Part shown: piece by piece, positions 59,020-64,000 of the stretch
Numbering within the stretch: position 1 is the first letter of the stretch
Layout: every line of letters starts with the position of its first letter
Assembly (NCBI GenBank): GCA_002633005.1
Contig: NMRA01000904.1
Location: 23,413 to 87,412 of the forward strand
Source: Phoronis australis
Taxonomy: Eukaryota; Animalia; Phoronida
Direction: 5' to 3'
DNA: 64,000 nt
Notes under the pieces: generated by a model
Databases searched by the model: none
What the model was told of the DNA's origin: nothing
What the model saw: only the letters and a program-made list of their open reading frames with translations
Made by a program: the position numbers and the translations under genes

Positions 59020-61000
59020 TAATGTATGCCACTAGGCCACCCACCCACATGTAGATGTACATGCAAGCCCATTCTTTATGCAACTACAACGAAGCGTACT
59101 ACAAGCTGTGGTACATTTGCAGTGTATCATCTTCAGGAGTGTCTGGTGCTGCATTCATGGCAGTTACGATGGGTACGAATTGATTGTCTTCTAGTCTCCA
59201 GTCCCAGTCTAAAGGATCCAGGTCATTTGCCATCCCCGTCCAACCAATGACCTGGTTGTACACCCAAGACAATGAAACCTAATAAACACGTGCTTTGGCT
59301 CCCCACCAAACATTGCGATCATAGCTTGGCTGCCAAATTACTCTATTTCTGAGGGGCTCACAACTTTCGTGCTGAGTGTGTCTGCGCAGAACTGGGGGAC
59401 TTGGTTATCTTTCACGACTTTCAGAGCGACTGATTTCTTTCCGGCGCCATACACACGAGACGTTGGAGGAGTGCAGGAATAGTACCTAGGTACACCTGTC
59501 AATCCTGAGGACACACTTCATCCAATTAATGTCGTATACTTTCCGACTGGTTCTTGACTGGTTGTCTGATCTGAAAAAATAGTGGTTTCAGCCATGCAGT
59601 AATGGAGTATAAGCATCAACATGTCAGTGTCCACGCCGATTACTGTGGTGGAATCCATATTATACTGTTTATTGTTGTTTTTGCAATATTCAAACGAGCA
59701 TCCCCTTCTCCCTGAACGGCTGTGCCTCCCACTTTCTCCAGCTGGTCACTTATTAAAGCGATCAGTTGTTGCTTGTTAGTGCCGGTGGATAGGAATTAAT
59801 CTCTCTCAACCATTAAATTCCGTTTCTCCGGTGAAGTTCACATTCGGATACATGTAGCTACTGGCCTGTCTCCGTCTTTGCTGAATGTCATCCTTTATCG
59901 AAGGACCTGCACCATAGCCATCAAAGACAACAGTGACTGCCTCATAGTGCTTTGTCATGAAGTCAGCATATTCTCCGGCAAGTTTTGCATACGTATCTGC
60001 CTTCATCTATTTGAGCTTGGGCAGCAAATATCCCCCATCAAGCACACACCTTTCAGCCTGGAGATGTACTAAACGAGTGGGATTTGGTGCTCCATCACAT
60101 GCATGGGCCTTGGAACACCGATTATAAACGGCTTGATACAGTTGAGGTTTGTCAGCCTTCCTCAAGATCTGGAGGACGGTGGGTATGGAATGAGCTCAAA
60201 ACTCACCACTTCCTGTCAAAAGACAAGTCATCTGAACGGGATACCACCAGGAATCAATGGAAGAGTAAACTTGGACCGATGGCTCTTTCAGGACCAACCC
60301 AGGGTCTTAGCTTTCTTTCTCCTTTTAACAGCGAAAGAAAACACAGGCTGTCGAACCTATCTCTTGATGATTTTGTTCCCAACAGATTTATATCCACGCA
60401 CGTTAAGGTATTCGTTGGCAACACCACCATTGATGATACTGCGTTGCGCAGGGTCTAAGGAGAAAAGTGAAAATGGGATCAGCTTTGTGCTTATCTTCGC
60501 AAATTTGCATGCATCTCTTTCAATTCTGGCACCAGTTGCTTCTTTGTGTTGTTCGCTTGTTGTGTACGTGAGGTGGTTGAAGTCCTACAAGGTGATGTAC
60601 AATTCTGACGTTACGGGGACCGACATTGTCCACAATGCTCAGTGCCCCTCCGTCATCTTACAGCCATGAGTCAAGCCGCCTGTTCGTTTTAGCGATTGCA
60701 TTTAGTAATTTGTCCAAGGCTAGGTCACAGGTGAGGCCTGTCCAAAACCGGTTTGTTAGCCGAATCACATGAAAGCCATTTTTGAAACTTCCCATACACA
60801 TCTCCATGTTTGCTCTCCATATCAGCCATTTCTTGTACGTATATGTAAGCGGATTCAAGTAGTTGTGGTGTCCAGCTGCAGCAAATGATAATTATTAACA
60901 AGGCATCATCAACAGCGTTCAAGTGATCAATCCAAGACCGAGTACGATTTGCCTCGGTCATTGCGCAAGCAATATGCAGCGTCTTCAGACCAGTCACAAC
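59020..61000 (-). pseudogene. Academ protein remnant, copy 2
   Basis: GFHVIRLTNRFWTGLTCDLALD, VTVVFDGYGAGPSIKD and ANRTRSWIDHLNAV, with frameshifts. Confidence 0.8.
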
Positions 61001-62793
61001 TGACTCGTTTTGGACTGTGTACTTAGTGACTTCCTCTTCTCAAGATTGTGGGGCACTTCAGACAGGTATTGACATTTTGCCCCAGGGCGTCTAGTTTCCG
61101 TGTGTGCATTTTTAAAACAAAAACTAGTGGCAAACAAATATACACTAGACAATTTTTGTGACTTTTATGCAAGCCAATGCTTTGGATTAAATATTTGACA
61201 GCTTAAATATTAATGCAGTGTCCATATTTTAAATAATTCATTCAGAATTCAGTCAATCTAAATGTTTTAAGATCATTCAGTCAGAACCAGTCACATTTAA
61301 TCATACTGTCGTTATAGGGGATAAGCTATTAAATAATGGGCACATCAGATTTTTCGTTCTTGAGTTTTAGCCGCCATATTGAATTTCATATCTGGTATTG
61401 ATAATGTCTTAATTTTAACCACACCAATGAGTTGCTCACCTTTTAAAACCATAGCCTTGAACCAAAAATTATGTCTTTATCTCAATTATTGGAGAAGTTA
61501 TATCTAATTTAAGTGATTTCGAAACGTCATGGTGACCATTTTGGAAATGACGCAGTTTTAGCCCATTGCTGGTGGTCAGATGTTGGTAGACATTTTTCCT
61601 GTTCATAAGTATACCCAGTAGAACAGAAAACCTCTGTAAAACCTTTTATTGCAATTTGTTGCGGATCAGGTGGGATTTTTTTTTGAAATCATTTACGAAA
61701 CGTGCATAAACTTAACAATAGTGCGTTGATTAAAATGAAGATGTGGAAACTAAAATAACTCTACGAAGCTATGGTGATGTGCGAAATAAATGCACAGTTT
61801 TGAAACTTTTTGGCGGACATTTAGGAAAATTTTTGGCATTTGAAATTGGTTGCTTATCATTTACGACAATTTTAAAATTAGGTCAAACTATTGGCATATG
61901 TGACATGAATATAGGACAATTTTTCAAGAACGAGCACGTGCGCTTCAGCCGACATTGATATTGTATGAAAATACTCGCTATAGTAGTCAGCAGAACTTTT
62001 GGGTAAGTTTTCTGTAATCTCACTTTTATAATTCGCATGTTTTAAGGTTGTCATTAACGTACTAAAAGAAGTGACGAAATGCTTCCTGTGAAACATACTT
62101 TGTTTAGAATTTGGTTGACGTTGGTCTTGATAAGTTCTTGTAAAAATGTCACGTAAATGACATTCTGTGTACCGTAAGTGATTTGTTTTAATTTTACCAA
62201 AATTGAATTCATTTTAAGTAGTAATTAAATTATTATCTGTGACAAAATGTAACTTAATGCAGCTGATCTTGCAAAATAGTGATGACATCTTATCTGTTGA
62301 TGCACTATTTTATTTTGCAGTGCGTAAGGTTACGTCCTACTACGTGTGTCAATTGGTAAAGCTTCTTATATAACCGACGTTCCGGTACTATCTGACCTTC
62401 TTGACATGAACCGCTATACTGGTAACGCGTACAACGCTAACGATGTTTTTATGGAGCCTAGAGCCTATATCATTGTAAGTTTATACTATTTTTTCGCATA
62501 TTACCGTAGAATTCACTGGCTGTTTCTCGTATTGGGTAAGACTGTTTAGCCCATGCTGTATTACGTGGAATATCTTTATGGTACTGTAACGTGAACGCTG
62601 TATTTCCAAAGACTTATTCGTTATATTTGTTTCAGTGAAACCGGCCTTGTCGGACAGTAAGCATAACGTCAACCTTGTTCAGAATAAACGTATCATATCC
62701 GACTATCCCGTGTGTTCAATGCCCATGGCTCCTACATTATCATTTTATTTAATACCTATTAATTAGAGTTTGTCACCTTGGTTTGCGTTGCAG

Positions 62794-63265
62794 AATGCCA
62801 AAATTCAAGTCGCAGCGGGTAAAAGAATAGTCTCCGGAGCCCGTAAAAAGGCACAACTTGGTGACGAAAGGCTTAGAACAGAAACTGAACGAGTTACGGG
62901 TCTTTCCTACCAGTGTCAGAACTGAAAGAAGTACAAAAAGTTGGAAGACAAGAAAACAATAGAATGTTAGTTGAGACCAAACACGTCAAGATGCAAGTAA
63001 AGCAAGGCGATTTTGTTTTTGAATATGAAGGTCGCCGATATCTCGGACAAGTCGTGGGCACAGATGATGTCCACTTGCCTGTGGAAGTCAACTTCGTGCA
63101 GCCGCCCCGTAAAATGAGTGGATTGCTTTTGTGACCGAAGGAAGCAAGATTTGGCTACGGAAAGACGACATCCTGAAGCTCGTCCTGGACCTAGCACCTG
63201 CTGGGAAGGGCCGCAGAACGTTCAAGGCGTCAGATGACATGCCGGACTACCTTGATTTCTCTTGA
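62794..63265 (+). pseudogene. Tudor/PWWP-like C-terminal exon, probably of a DNA-transposon protein
   Basis: Acceptor ttgcgttgcag; VKQGDFVFEYEGRRYLGQVV...VEVNFVQ...L*P (W->stop), a frameshift, then IWLRKDDILK...GRRTFK. Confidence 0.55.
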
Positions 63266-64000
63266 TGACGTTTAAAGCCGAGTTAACATTGCCGTTAAAA
63301 GGTTTCAACCTTAACAGTCTTTAGACTAATTGTCAAGACTTGAATTACCTTAAGTCGTCATTTACGGGACATGGCTTGTGACGTGTTAGACGTCAGGCAC
63401 AGTTGCATAGCAGATGTAAAATTGTTGAATGCAAACTTTTGGATTTACCAGTACATGCCTTCTTGCAACACAGGCGCTTGAAATATAATCTGTTGCAATT
63501 TTTATTACGTAATCAGTTACATCAACTCTTACAGGTCCTATTTTGTTCTTTTTTGGTCTAAGCGTCATATAGCTTCATGCTGGGCAATCTATCTGGGAGG
63601 CTATTTATGAGAGGGCTTTGTATTGCGTGTAGCCACAGACTGCGGGCAACCTTATTATTTTATGTGTGTGACCTGTTTGCTCTGTGCGGGCGTCCCGACA
63701 AGTCTCAAACCCATACTATAGAGCCAAATCACTTTACTGAAATGTAGTTATCCTTAAATTTCGTTCTACTTGTTTTTTGTATGAGACCGTGTGGGCAATG
63801 CTTCTAAATGTTTTTATTATAGTCTCATTATGAAAAATACTGGGAGAATAAGCCTTACGATGAGGATCAGTTTTTCTATCCTATGTTACATCATATTTCA
63901 CATCGATGTTGTACTCTGTGAAATCTATGATGTGCTCGTGGATGTGTTTGTATTGTTTTTGTTTTGTTTTGTGTGTATGTGGTGTGAATGGGTCAGGATT

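Larger units (their letters stand above)
56992..61674 (-). mobile_element. Academ DNA transposon derivative, copy 2 (inverted relative to copy 1)
   Basis: Same TIR family (GAGTCAATATACCACCTGACC...). The internal sequence is colinear with the reverse complement of 36647-42489. Confidence 0.8.

Noticed and set aside
60103-60669. 188-aa plus-strand ORF
   Set aside because: It is the antisense shadow of the Academ pseudogene.

Overview
This is eukaryotic DNA from a draft assembly with several N-gaps. It is probably a marine invertebrate and deuterostome-like, which is an inference from the TE mix and domain type. Most of the window is introns and TEs. One minus-strand host gene can be traced through widely spaced exons from about 55.6 kb down to about 21.4 kb, possibly to 17.6 kb, and its 5' end was not found. 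It would encode a type-I membrane protein with two ~140-aa Cys-containing beta-sandwich modules (CARDB-like 'DL...NN' signature), two SEA-like domains and a transmembrane helix. DNA-transposon derivatives in its introns and flanks include two Kolobok elements (TTAA TSD, THAP transposase plus convergent KolX/P2X7-ballast-like gene), one complete-ended Sola3 (GAG...CTC, TTAA) plus a second Sola3 remnant, two inverted Academ copies (XPG-like plus Cys-rich domains), Harbinger-, EnSpm- and hAT-like MITEs, and a foldback-like TIR element. Retroelement remnants include an LTR with a PBS-like stub, LINE fragments and Penelope-like pieces. Several insertions are nested. All calls were made by eye from motifs, splice signals and repeat geometry; no database searches were run.
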